This document shows positions 19,765 to 28,192 of a DNA stretch of 64,000 nt, in pieces. The DNA is taken from the NCBI GenBank assembly GCA_947626875.1, contig CANQTV010000002.1, positions 10,324-74,323 on the forward strand, written 5' to 3'. Position 1 is the first letter of the stretch. Every line of letters starts with the position of its first letter. The position numbers and the translations under genes were made by a program. The notes under the pieces are model-generated. The model was given only the letters and a program-made list of their open reading frames with translations, was not told where the DNA came from and searched no databases. This stretch comes from an uncultured Clostridia bacterium. Its GTDB lineage: Bacteria > Bacillota > Clostridia > TANB77 > CAG-508.

Positions 19765-20250
19765 ATGCGTATTTTAGGAATAGATCCTGGATTTGCAATT
19801 ACAGGATATAGTATTATAGATTATGTTGGAAATAAGTTTAAACTAGTTAAATCAGGAGCCATTTTGACAGAGGCAAAAACATCATTTCCATTACGTTTAG
19901 AAAAAATACATGAAGATTTAGAAGAAATTATAACAACATATCAACCAGAGGCAATGTCAATAGAAGAATTATTTTTTAATAACAATGCAAAAACAGCAAT
20001 CAATGTAGCACAAGCAAGAGGAGTTATTTTAATGACTGCTAGGATACATAAATTAGATGTTTTTGAATATACACCATTACAAGTAAAACAAGCAGTTACT
20101 GGATATGGAAGAGCAGATAAAATACAAGTTCAAAGAATGGTTAAGATGATATTAAATGAAGAAAAATTACCAAAATTAGATGATATAACAGATAGTATGG
20201 CAATTGGTATATGTCATGCACATTCAGCAAAATTTGCAGTGAAATTGTAA
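19765..20250 (+). CDS. ruvC: crossover junction endodeoxyribonuclease RuvC
   Basis: MRILGIDPG...GY N-terminus with catalytic Asp. 161 aa, with ...D..DA.AIA.CH near the C-terminus. Confidence 0.9.
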   Translation: MRILGIDPGFAITGYSIIDYVGNKFKLVKSGAILTEAKTSFPLRLEKIHEDLEEIITTYQPEAMSIEELFFNNNAKTAINVAQARGVILMTARIHKLDVFEYTPLQVKQAVTGYGRADKIQVQRMVKMILNEEKLPKLDDITDSMAIGICHAHSAKFAVKL

Positions 20251-20272
20251 AGGAGAACTATTAGAAGCAAAT

Positions 20273-21295
20273 ATGATTAAAATTGAAGAATTAGAAAAAC
20301 GATTGCAAAATAAAGCAATTTTAAGTTTATATCTCTTATATGGAGAAGAACAGTTTTTAATTGAACAATGTGCAAAAAAGATAAAAGCAATATTTGGTAC
20401 TTGTATAAAAGGTATCAATTATATTCAAATTGATGAAAGCAATTATACACAAATTTTATCAGATATAGAAACTCCTAGTTTTGGATATGAAAAAAAATTA
20501 ATTATTGCAAAAAATACAGGTTTATTAAAAAAAGAAGGTCGAAAAAAATCAGAGGAACTAAATAAAATAAAAAAACAGTTAGCTGAATATATAAACGAAA
20601 ATATTGAAATAATAAAGCAAAGTGTAATATTAGTATTTATAGAGGAAGAAATAGAAAAAGGAGAGTTATATAAAGTAATTGACAAATTGGGAGTTGTATG
20701 TCAAGTTGACAATCAAAAACCAATGCAGTTAATTTCGCGCTTAAAAACGATTTGTAATGGATATCATGTAAAAATAGAAAATTATGTTTTACAATATTTT
20801 ATAGAATGCTGTGGAACAAATATGCAAGAACTTATAAATGAAATGCGCAAACTTATTGAATATGCAGGAGAAAATGGAACAATACAAAAAGAAGATATTG
20901 ATGCATTATGTATAAAAAAGCTAGAGAGTGTAATTTTTGATTTAACAGATAATTTAGGAAAGAAAAATATTGTAAAGGCATTAGAAGTTTTAAAGAATTT
21001 AATATATGCAAAAGAGCCACTTCAAAAAATTTTGATTACACTATATAATCATTTTAAAAAATTATATTTGACAACAGTTGCAGTAGCATTAAATAAAGAT
21101 ATTGTACAAAGTTTAAATTTGAAACCAAATCAAACTTTTTTGGTAAATAAATATAAGACTCAGGCTAGATATTTTAAAGGGAATGAATTAAGAAGTATAT
21201 TACAGGATTTATGTGATTTAGATTATCAGTATAAAACTGGAATGATTGATTTGCAAATAGGATTAGAAACAGTACTTTGTAAGTATTGTGGATAA
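20273..21295 (+). CDS. holA: DNA polymerase III subunit delta
   Basis: 340 aa with the typical N-terminus (...LYLLYGEEQFLIEQ...). The size and helical C-terminal domain fit HolA. Confidence 0.7.
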   Translation: MIKIEELEKRLQNKAILSLYLLYGEEQFLIEQCAKKIKAIFGTCIKGINYIQIDESNYTQILSDIETPSFGYEKKLIIAKNTGLLKKEGRKKSEELNKIKKQLAEYINENIEIIKQSVILVFIEEEIEKGELYKVIDKLGVVCQVDNQKPMQLISRLKTICNGYHVKIENYVLQYFIECCGTNMQELINEMRKLIEYAGENGTIQKEDIDALCIKKLESVIFDLTDNLGKKNIVKALEVLKNLIYAKEPLQKILITLYNHFKKLYLTTVAVALNKDIVQSLNLKPNQTFLVNKYKTQARYFKGNELRSILQDLCDLDYQYKTGMIDLQIGLETVLCKYCG

Positions 21296-21361
21296 AAATG
21301 TATAACAAAACCAAATATTGATAAAAATAACAATAATGATTTATCAATAGGAGGTTTTTTT

Positions 21362-22036
21362 ATGTTAAAAAGAATAGGAATAGTATTATTAGTAATTATG
21401 ACATTTGCAGTAACAATAATATTTGTGCAACATTCTGTAGAAGCATTATCAAAATATGGTTCAAGAGGTAATGAAGTAAAAGAAATACAAACAAAATTGA
21501 AGAGATGGGGATATTATAAGGGACAAATAGATGGAATTTATGGAAGTCAAACTTTAGAAGCGGTCAAATATTTCCAAAGAAAAAATGGATTGACAGCTGA
21601 TGGTATTGCAGGACCAGCAACATTAAAAGCTATGGGAATTACATCATCATCTTCAAACACGTCAAGTGGAAGTGGTTCTACGAATTCAAGCAATACGAAT
21701 TTATTAGCAAGATTAGTATATGGAGAAGCAAGAGGAGAACCATATTCTGGACAAGTGGCAGTAGCAGCAGTTGTATTAAATCGTGTAAAGAGTAGCTCTT
21801 TTCCAAATTCAATATCAGGAGTGATATATCAATCAGGTGCATTTAACGTTGTATCAGATGGACAAATAAATTTAACACCAAATGATACAGCCAAAAAAGC
21901 TGCACAAGATGCAATAAATGGGTGGGATCCAAGTTATGGTGCTATTTATTATTTTAATCCATCAACAGCAACAAATAAGTGGATATGGTCAAGACCAATG
22001 ACAGTAACTATTGGGAAACATAGATTTTGCAAGTGA
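21362..22036 (+). CDS. SleB/CwlJ-family cell wall hydrolase with N-terminal peptidoglycan-binding domain
   Basis: Signal/TM segment, then a PG_binding_1 repeat (GSRGNEVKEIQTKLKRWGYYKGQIDGIYGSQT..AVK.FQ...GL.ADGIAG), an S-rich linker, and a Hydrolase_2 core (LARLVYGEARGEPY.GQVAVAAVVLNRV). Confidence 0.85.
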   Translation: MLKRIGIVLLVIMTFAVTIIFVQHSVEALSKYGSRGNEVKEIQTKLKRWGYYKGQIDGIYGSQTLEAVKYFQRKNGLTADGIAGPATLKAMGITSSSSNTSSGSGSTNSSNTNLLARLVYGEARGEPYSGQVAVAAVVLNRVKSSSFPNSISGVIYQSGAFNVVSDGQINLTPNDTAKKAAQDAINGWDPSYGAIYYFNPSTATNKWIWSRPMTVTIGKHRFCK

Positions 22037-22063
22037 GGGAATAGGGGACGCCCTTTTTTTCCC
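22037..22063. repeat. family-1 element, solo left arm
   Basis: GGGAATAGGGGACGCCCTTTTTTTCCC lies immediately after the TGA of the SleB-like gene. Confidence 0.8.
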
Positions 22064-22065
22064 TC

Positions 22066-22094
22066 TTGCCAATAAAGGTAGAATGTGATAAAAT
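22066..22094 (+). promoter_or_regulatory. putative promoter of dnaE
   Basis: TTGCCA-N17-TAAAAT with TGn directly upstream of the -10 hexamer (TGATAAAAT). It begins right after the family-1 solo arm. Confidence 0.45.
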
Positions 22095-22116
22095 TCAGTC
22101 AATAGGGGGCAAGAAT

Positions 22117-25100
22117 ATGTCAAATTTTGTACACTTACATATACACAGTGAATATAGTTTATTAGATGGAGCAAATAGAATAAAAGATTTACCTAAAAGA
22201 GCTAAAGAATTAGGAATGGATGCAATTGCACTAACAGATCATGGAGTGATGTATGGTGCGATTGATTTTTATAAAGCATGCAAAAATGAAGGAATTAAGC
22301 CAATTATAGGATGTGAAGTATATGTTGCCATGCGTTCTAGATTTGACAAAGAACCAAATATAGATAATAGATATTATCATTTGATATTACTTGCCAAAAA
22401 TAATCAAGGTTATAAAAATCTTAGCAAATTAGTATCACTTGGATTTTTAGATGGATATTATTATAAGCCAAGGATAGATAGAGAAATTTTAGAAAAATAT
22501 CATGAAGGATTAGTATGTTTAAGTGCTTGCCTAGCAGGAGAAATTAATCAAAAATTACTAAATGGAACTGAGGAAGAAGCTGAACAAGCAGCTTTATGGC
22601 ATAAAAATTTATTTGGAGAGGATTATTATATAGAAATACAAAACAATGGAATACAAGAGCAAGTGCTTGCTAATCAAAAACTTATTAAACTTGCTCGAAA
22701 ACTAGATATTCCACTTGTCGCAACAAATGATGCACATTATTTAAAAAGAGAAGATGCATATAATCATGAAGTTTTACTATGTATACAAACAGGAAAACGA
22801 ATGAGTGATGAAGACAGAATGAAATTTGACACAGATGAACTATATGTTAAATCACCTGAAGAAATGATAGAATATTTTTCAAGTTTTCCAGATGCAATTG
22901 AAAATACAGTAAAAATTGCAGAGAAATGTAATGTAGAATTTGAGTTTGGACATACAATTTTACCGAATTATGATGTACCAGAGGAATTTGAAACCCATTA
23001 TGATTATTTAAAAAAACTATGTGATGATGGATTAAAAGAAAGATATAGTGAGATTACAGAAGAAATTCAAGCAAGAGCAGATTATGAGTTATCTGTTATT
23101 AAGAAAATGGGATATGTAGATTATTATTTAATTGTATGGGATTTTATTCATTATGCAAAATCACAAGGGATACCAGTAGGACCAGGGCGTGGCTCTGGAG
23201 CAGGTTCCATTTTAGCATATAGCATAGGTATTACTGATATTGATCCAATTAAATATGGACTTATATTCGAAAGATTTTTGAATCCGGAAAGAGTTAGCAT
23301 GCCAGATTTTGACGTGGATTTTTGCTATGAAAGAAGACAAGAGGTAATTGACTATGTATCAAGAAAATATGGACATGACCATGTTTCTCAGATCATCACA
23401 TTTGGTACAATGTCAGCAAGAATGGTAATTAGAGATGTAGCAAGAGTACTAGATGTACCATATGCAGAAGCAGATAGTTTAGCTAAAATGATACCAAATG
23501 AATTACATATTACAATAAAGAAAGCATTAGAACAAAACCGAGAATTAAAAGAGAAATACGAAAATGAACCAGATATAAAAAGTTTATTAGATATTGCAAT
23601 GGGATTAGAGGGGATGCCAAGGCAGGCCTCAACACATGCTTGTGGAATTGTTATTACAAAGGACCCAGTAGATACTTATGTTCCTTTATATGTAAGGGAT
23701 AATCAAATATCTACACAATATATAATGACAACTTTGGAAGAACTAGGATTGTTAAAAATGGACTTTTTAGGATTGCGTACATTAACTGTTATTCAAGATA
23801 CAATTAATCTAGTAAAGCAAGATAGAGGAATAGATGTAGAAGTTGACAAAGAAATGGCAGATCCAAAAGTATATAAACAATGGCAAGAAGGAAATTCATC
23901 TGGAATTTTTCAATTTGAAAGTCAGGGTATGACAAATTTCATGAAAGAATTAAAACCAGACTGTTTGGAAGATTTAATTGCAGGAGTATCATTATATAGA
24001 CCAGGACCAATGGACCAAATACCGAGATATGTAAAAGGAAAACAAAATCCTGGGCATAATGAGTATACACATCCAAGTTTGGAACCAATCTTAAATGTAA
24101 CATATGGTTGTATGGTATATCAAGAACAAGTTATGCAAATTGTGCGAGAATTAGCAGGATATTCTTTAGGTAGGGCAGATTTAGTAAGACGTGCTATGGG
24201 AAAGAAAAAGTTAGATGTAATGGCAAAAGAAAGAGAAGTTTTTATACATGGACAAGTAGATGAAAATGGGGAAGTTATTGTACCAGGCTGTGTTAGAAAT
24301 GGAATAGATGAAGCATCTGCTAATAAAATATTTGATGAGATGGCTGAATTTGCTAAATACGCTTTTAATAAATCACATGCGGCATGTTATGCAGTAGTAG
24401 CATATAGAACAGCATATTTAAAAACATATTATCCAGCAGAATTTATGGCAGCAACATTAAATAGTTTTTTAGGAAATTTAGATAAGATACCAGAATATAT
24501 TGATGAGTGTAAAAGATTAGGTATAGAGATTTTGAAACCAGAAATTAATAAAAGTTCTAGTAAATTTACTGTAGAAAATAATAAAATTCGTTTTGGTTTA
24601 GGTAGTATAAAAAATGTGGGAATTGCACCGGTAGATGCAATTGTAGAAGAAAGAAATGTAAATGGAGATTACACAGGGTTTATAAATTTTTGTGAAAGAA
24701 CAATTGAAAAAGGTGTTAATAAAAAGTGTATTGAAAGTTTAATAAAAGCAGGAGTATTTGCAGAATTTGAGCAAACTAGAGCGACATTATTAGCTTCTTT
24801 TGAACAAATTGTAGAAAGTATACAAAGCAGTAAAAAGAAGGGATTAGAAGGGCAAGTTTCTATGTTTGATATGGGAACTGACGAAGAAAAGGAACAATTA
24901 CAAAAACAAAAATATAGTTTTGAAATTTATAAAGAAGTATCTGATAAAGAGCTATTATCAATGGAAAAAGAAATGTTAGGTATATATATTTCAGGACATC
25001 CTTTAGAAAAATATAGAGAGCAAATTCAAGCTCAGACTAATATTAGTACATTGGATTTACGAGAAATTGATGAACAGATGAATACACAACTTGAGAATAA

Positions 25101-25611
25101 TATTATAGAAAAGCCTAAATTTGTTGATGGGCAAAAAATAAGATATGCAGGAATTATTACATCTATTAAGAAAAAATATACAAAAAATAATAAAATTATG
25201 GCTTTTGTTACTATAGAAGATTTATATGGTTCAGCAGAACTAATAGTATTTGAAAGTACGTATTTAAATTCAAAAGATGCGCTAATAGAAGAAAATATTG
25301 TATTAGTAGAAGGAAGGCTAAGCATTAGAGAAGATGACACAACAACTATTATTGCAAGTAGTATTCAAAATTTTGGGGAGAAAAAACAAAATATATTGAT
25401 TTTTGATATTACAGATTTAGGAGAAGAAAAAAAGGCACAATTACGAGGAGGTATAAAGTATTTTACAGGAGATAGAAATAATATACATGTATTTGTAAAA
25501 ATACAAGAAGAACAAAAACCATGTGGTGCAATATATGTTAATGATAGTATTATTGAGTTATTTAAAAGAATATTAGGAGAAGAGAGAGTTATTTTGAAAT
25601 CATCAACTTAA
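22117..25611 (+). CDS. dnaE: DNA polymerase III subunit alpha (DnaE type)
   Basis: PHP motif FVHLHIHSEYSLLDG, GPGRGSGAGS, PDFDVDF, and a GLLKMDFLGLRTL finger region. The start is ATG 22117, behind GGGGG, within a longer ORF. Confidence 0.95.
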   Translation: MSNFVHLHIHSEYSLLDGANRIKDLPKRAKELGMDAIALTDHGVMYGAIDFYKACKNEGIKPIIGCEVYVAMRSRFDKEPNIDNRYYHLILLAKNNQGYKNLSKLVSLGFLDGYYYKPRIDREILEKYHEGLVCLSACLAGEINQKLLNGTEEEAEQAALWHKNLFGEDYYIEIQNNGIQEQVLANQKLIKLARKLDIPLVATNDAHYLKREDAYNHEVLLCIQTGKRMSDEDRMKFDTDELYVKSPEEMIEYFSSFPDAIENTVKIAEKCNVEFEFGHTILPNYDVPEEFETHYDYLKKLCDDGLKERYSEITEEIQARADYELSVIKKMGYVDYYLIVWDFIHYAKSQGIPVGPGRGSGAGSILAYSIGITDIDPIKYGLIFERFLNPERVSMPDFDVDFCYERRQEVIDYVSRKYGHDHVSQIITFGTMSARMVIRDVARVLDVPYAEADSLAKMIPNELHITIKKALEQNRELKEKYENEPDIKSLLDIAMGLEGMPRQASTHACGIVITKDPVDTYVPLYVRDNQISTQYIMTTLEELGLLKMDFLGLRTLTVIQDTINLVKQDRGIDVEVDKEMADPKVYKQWQEGNSSGIFQFESQGMTNFMKELKPDCLEDLIAGVSLYRPGPMDQIPRYVKGKQNPGHNEYTHPSLEPILNVTYGCMVYQEQVMQIVRELAGYSLGRADLVRRAMGKKKLDVMAKEREVFIHGQVDENGEVIVPGCVRNGIDEASANKIFDEMAEFAKYAFNKSHAACYAVVAYRTAYLKTYYPAEFMAATLNSFLGNLDKIPEYIDECKRLGIEILKPEINKSSSKFTVENNKIRFGLGSIKNVGIAPVDAIVEERNVNGDYTGFINFCERTIEKGVNKKCIESLIKAGVFAEFEQTRATLLASFEQIVESIQSSKKKGLEGQVSMFDMGTDEEKEQLQKQKYSFEIYKEVSDKELLSMEKEMLGIYISGHPLEKYREQIQAQTNISTLDLREIDEQMNTQLENNIIEKPKFVDGQKIRYAGIITSIKKKYTKNNKIMAFVTIEDLYGSAELIVFESTYLNSKDALIEENIVLVEGRLSIREDDTTTIIASSIQNFGEKKQNILIFDITDLGEEKKAQLRGGIKYFTGDRNNIHVFVKIQEEQKPCGAIYVNDSIIELFKRILGEERVILKSST

Positions 25612-25627
25612 AATCAAGTTGACAAAA

Positions 25628-25657
25628 TTGACAAGTATTATGGAAACGTGATATAAT
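25628..25657 (+). promoter_or_regulatory. putative promoter of the Spo0A_C-domain gene
   Basis: TTGACA-N18-TATAAT with an extended -10 element (TGATATAAT). A second TTGACA lies 9 nt upstream. Confidence 0.5.
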
Positions 25658-25725
25658 ATAAGATGTCACTGTACATTATTATTTACAACAAGAAAGGAGA
25701 GGAAGGGTACCTTCCAGGAAACAAC

Positions 25726-26181
25726 ATGGAAAACAATATTTTAATTTTGAAGGAGAACTTGAAGTACCTTATTCTTCATGATGAGGAGATACGGGAAATA
25801 ATTTTCCAAATTGTAACGAAAAGAGGATATAATTCAAGTACACCACTTGAAGCAAGAATCTGCGAATTCTTGCAGAAAAGACTAAAGGTGCCAACTAATA
25901 TTCTGGGGTATCGTTATTTGGTCGAAGCAGTAAAAATTGTAGTTGTGGATCCTAGCAATATAAGCAGGGTTTTTGCAAATTTATATGCAGAAATCGCAAA
26001 TAAATTTGAAACCACAATTCCCTGCGTTGAAAGGTCAATTAGACATGCAATACATAAATCTTTTGACCAGATGGAATGCCCAGAGGAAATATTTGTTTAT
26101 AAAAATGGGAGAGTACCAACTAACTCGCAATTCATTGCAACTGTCGCGGAGTATATCCGCTTTAATAAGGACTTGCAATGA
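25726..26181 (+). CDS. stand-alone Spo0A C-terminal (DNA-binding) domain protein, no receiver domain
   Basis: The region GYRYLVEAVKIVVVDPSNISRVFANLYAEIANKFETTIPCVERSIRHAIHKSF matches the Spo0A effector-domain signature (..SRVERAIRHAIE..). It has its own promoter and terminator. The start is uncertain (ATG 25726 or 25663). Confidence 0.7.
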   Translation: MENNILILKENLKYLILHDEEIREIIFQIVTKRGYNSSTPLEARICEFLQKRLKVPTNILGYRYLVEAVKIVVVDPSNISRVFANLYAEIANKFETTIPCVERSIRHAIHKSFDQMECPEEIFVYKNGRVPTNSQFIATVAEYIRFNKDLQ

Positions 26182-26186
26182 ACGAA

Positions 26187-26226
26187 TATCCGGTAGAGCC
26201 ATATTGGCACTGCCGGATACTTTTTT
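26187..26226 (+). terminator. intrinsic terminator after the Spo0A_C-domain gene
   Basis: 13-bp GC-containing stem TATCCGGTAG.GCC / GGC.CTGCCGGATA followed by TTTTTT. Confidence 0.85.
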
Positions 26227-26245
26227 GTAATATTTCCCAAAATAC

Positions 26246-26274
26246 TTGAAAAAAAGCCTAAAACAGTGTAAAAT
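26246..26274 (+). promoter_or_regulatory. putative promoter of pth
   Basis: TTGAAA-N17-TAAAAT with TGT directly upstream of the -10 hexamer. Confidence 0.45.
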
Positions 26275-26307
26275 AGACTAGTAAAGAATAAAGGAGAGAA
26301 AATAAAA

Positions 26308-26866
26308 ATGTATTTAATCATAGGATTAGGAAATCCAGAAGAAGAATATAGTCATACAAGGCACAATATGGGATTTGATACAATTAATCATTTATCTAAA
26401 AAATATGGAATAGAAGTAACAAAAAAGAAATTTAAAAGTTTATATGGAACAGGAATTATAGAAGGGGAAAAAGTAATACTCTTAAAGCCACAAACATATA
26501 TGAATTTAAGTGGAGATGCTATTATAGAAGCAATGGATTACTATGACATTGAAACAGAAGATTTAATTATTATATATGATGATATGGACATTGAAAAAGG
26601 GAAAATAAAAATTAGAAAAAAAGGTGGAGCAGGTTCTCATAATGGAATGAAATCTGTTGTAGAAAATTTACAAACAGAAGAATTTACTAGGATAAGAGTG
26701 GGAATAGGAAGGCCACAGCATGAATATGATGCAATAAATTATGTGATTGGGAAAATATCAAAAGAAGAACAAGAAATTTTAGAAAAAGCAACTCGGAAAA
26801 GCAGCAGAAATCATACCAGAAATCATAAAAAATGGTGTAGACAATGCTATGAATAAATATAATTAA
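26308..26866 (+). CDS. pth: peptidyl-tRNA hydrolase, with an apparent 1-nt frameshift about 22 codons before the end
   Basis: GLGNPEEEYSHTRHNMGF and SGDAI...DD.D...G.I..RKKGGAGSHNG motifs. After codon 164 the canonical tail AAEIIPEIIKNGVDNAMNKYN is read in the +1 frame and ends at 26866. The uninterrupted frame ends at 26856 with an atypical basic tail. Confidence 0.85.
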
Positions 26867-26896
26867 AATGTGTATTAGTAAATACAGGAGGTAGAA

Positions 26897-28078
26897 ATGT
26901 TAGAAGTTTTTATTAGCAAAAAGAATGAGCAAGAAAGAATTGCACTTGTTGAAAATGGAAATCTAGTAGAATATTACGAAGAAGACCCAGATACAGATAG
27001 AAAAGAGGGAAATATTTATATAGGAAAAGTAAAAGACATAATTGTCGGTATGCAATCAGCATTTATAGATATAGGCACAGAAAAAAATAGTTTTATACAT
27101 GTAAGAGATATTTTGCCAAAAGTAGATGAGAAGAATGAAGTATCGAATATGGATGTACAAATTAGAGATGTTATAAAGCCAAATCAAAAATTATTGGTAC
27201 AGGTAAAAAAAGATAGTAATGAAAAAAAAGGAGCAAGAGTTTCAACACATATTAGTTTACCAGGAAGATATATTGTATTAATGCCAAATACTGATATTAT
27301 TACAATTTCGCAAAAAATAGAAAGTAAAAAAGAACAGGAGAGATTACTAAATTTAGTAAAAGAGCATATATCAAAGGAAAATGGTGCTATTATTCGTACA
27401 TCAAGTATGAAAAAAGACAAAGAAATAGTTGCAGAAATTCAAAGTTTAGAAAAAAAATGGAGAGAAATTCAAGAAGAATATGATAACAATACTGAGGGAG
27501 AAGGTAAATTAATTTATCGAGCAGAAACAATTGTTGAAAAAATGTTGTTAGATTTATGCAATCAAAATATTGAAAATATAGTAACAGATGATCAAGCAGA
27601 ATATGAAAAAACTTTAAAAATTAAATCAGAAACACCAGAATTAGAAAATACAAAAATAAATTTAGAGCATAAAGATATATTTGAAAAATATGAAATTGAG
27701 ACGCAAATAGAAAAAAGATTAAATAGAAAAATTTGGCTAAAATGTGGAGGATTTATCACTATTGATAAAACAGAAGCATTAACAGCAATTGATGTTAACA
27801 CAGGAAAATATACAGGAGACAAAAGTTTAGAGCAAACTTTATATAAAGTTAATGAAGAAGCAACAATTGAAATTGCTAAACAAATTAGATTACGTGATAT
27901 TGGTGGAATTATTATTATTGATTATATAGATATGAAAAAACAAGAAAACAAAGATAAAATTCAAAAATTATTGGAAGAAAGGTTAAAATTAGATAGAAGT
28001 AAAACACAAATAGAAGGATTTACAAAATTAGACTTAATGGAGATGACAAGAAAGCATATTTGTAGTCACAAAGAATAG
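26897..28078 (+). CDS. rng: RNase E/G-family ribonuclease (short form, ends before Zn-link/small domain)
   Basis: S1 domain (GNIYIGKVKDIIVGMQSAFIDIG), DNase-I-like region ALTAIDVNTGKYTG and GGIIIIDYIDM. It ends at ...EMTRKHICSHKE. Confidence 0.85.
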   Translation: MLEVFISKKNEQERIALVENGNLVEYYEEDPDTDRKEGNIYIGKVKDIIVGMQSAFIDIGTEKNSFIHVRDILPKVDEKNEVSNMDVQIRDVIKPNQKLLVQVKKDSNEKKGARVSTHISLPGRYIVLMPNTDIITISQKIESKKEQERLLNLVKEHISKENGAIIRTSSMKKDKEIVAEIQSLEKKWREIQEEYDNNTEGEGKLIYRAETIVEKMLLDLCNQNIENIVTDDQAEYEKTLKIKSETPELENTKINLEHKDIFEKYEIETQIEKRLNRKIWLKCGGFITIDKTEALTAIDVNTGKYTGDKSLEQTLYKVNEEATIEIAKQIRLRDIGGIIIIDYIDMKKQENKDKIQKLLEERLKLDRSKTQIEGFTKLDLMEMTRKHICSHKE

Positions 28079-28178
28079 GGAAAAGGGGACGTCCTTTTTT
28101 TCCCTATTGAAATATTCCCTGTTTTTTTATATAAGAGGGAAAAATAGAATAGGGAAAAAAAGGACGTCCCCTTTTCCC
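28078..28178. repeat. family-1 palindromic intergenic element, complete copy
   Basis: The arms at 28078-28104 and 28152-28178 are identical to those of the 3002 copy. TA flanks both ends (28076-28077 and 28179-28180). The rimO SD follows directly. Confidence 0.9.
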
Positions 28179-28192
28179 TAGGAGGAATAAAA

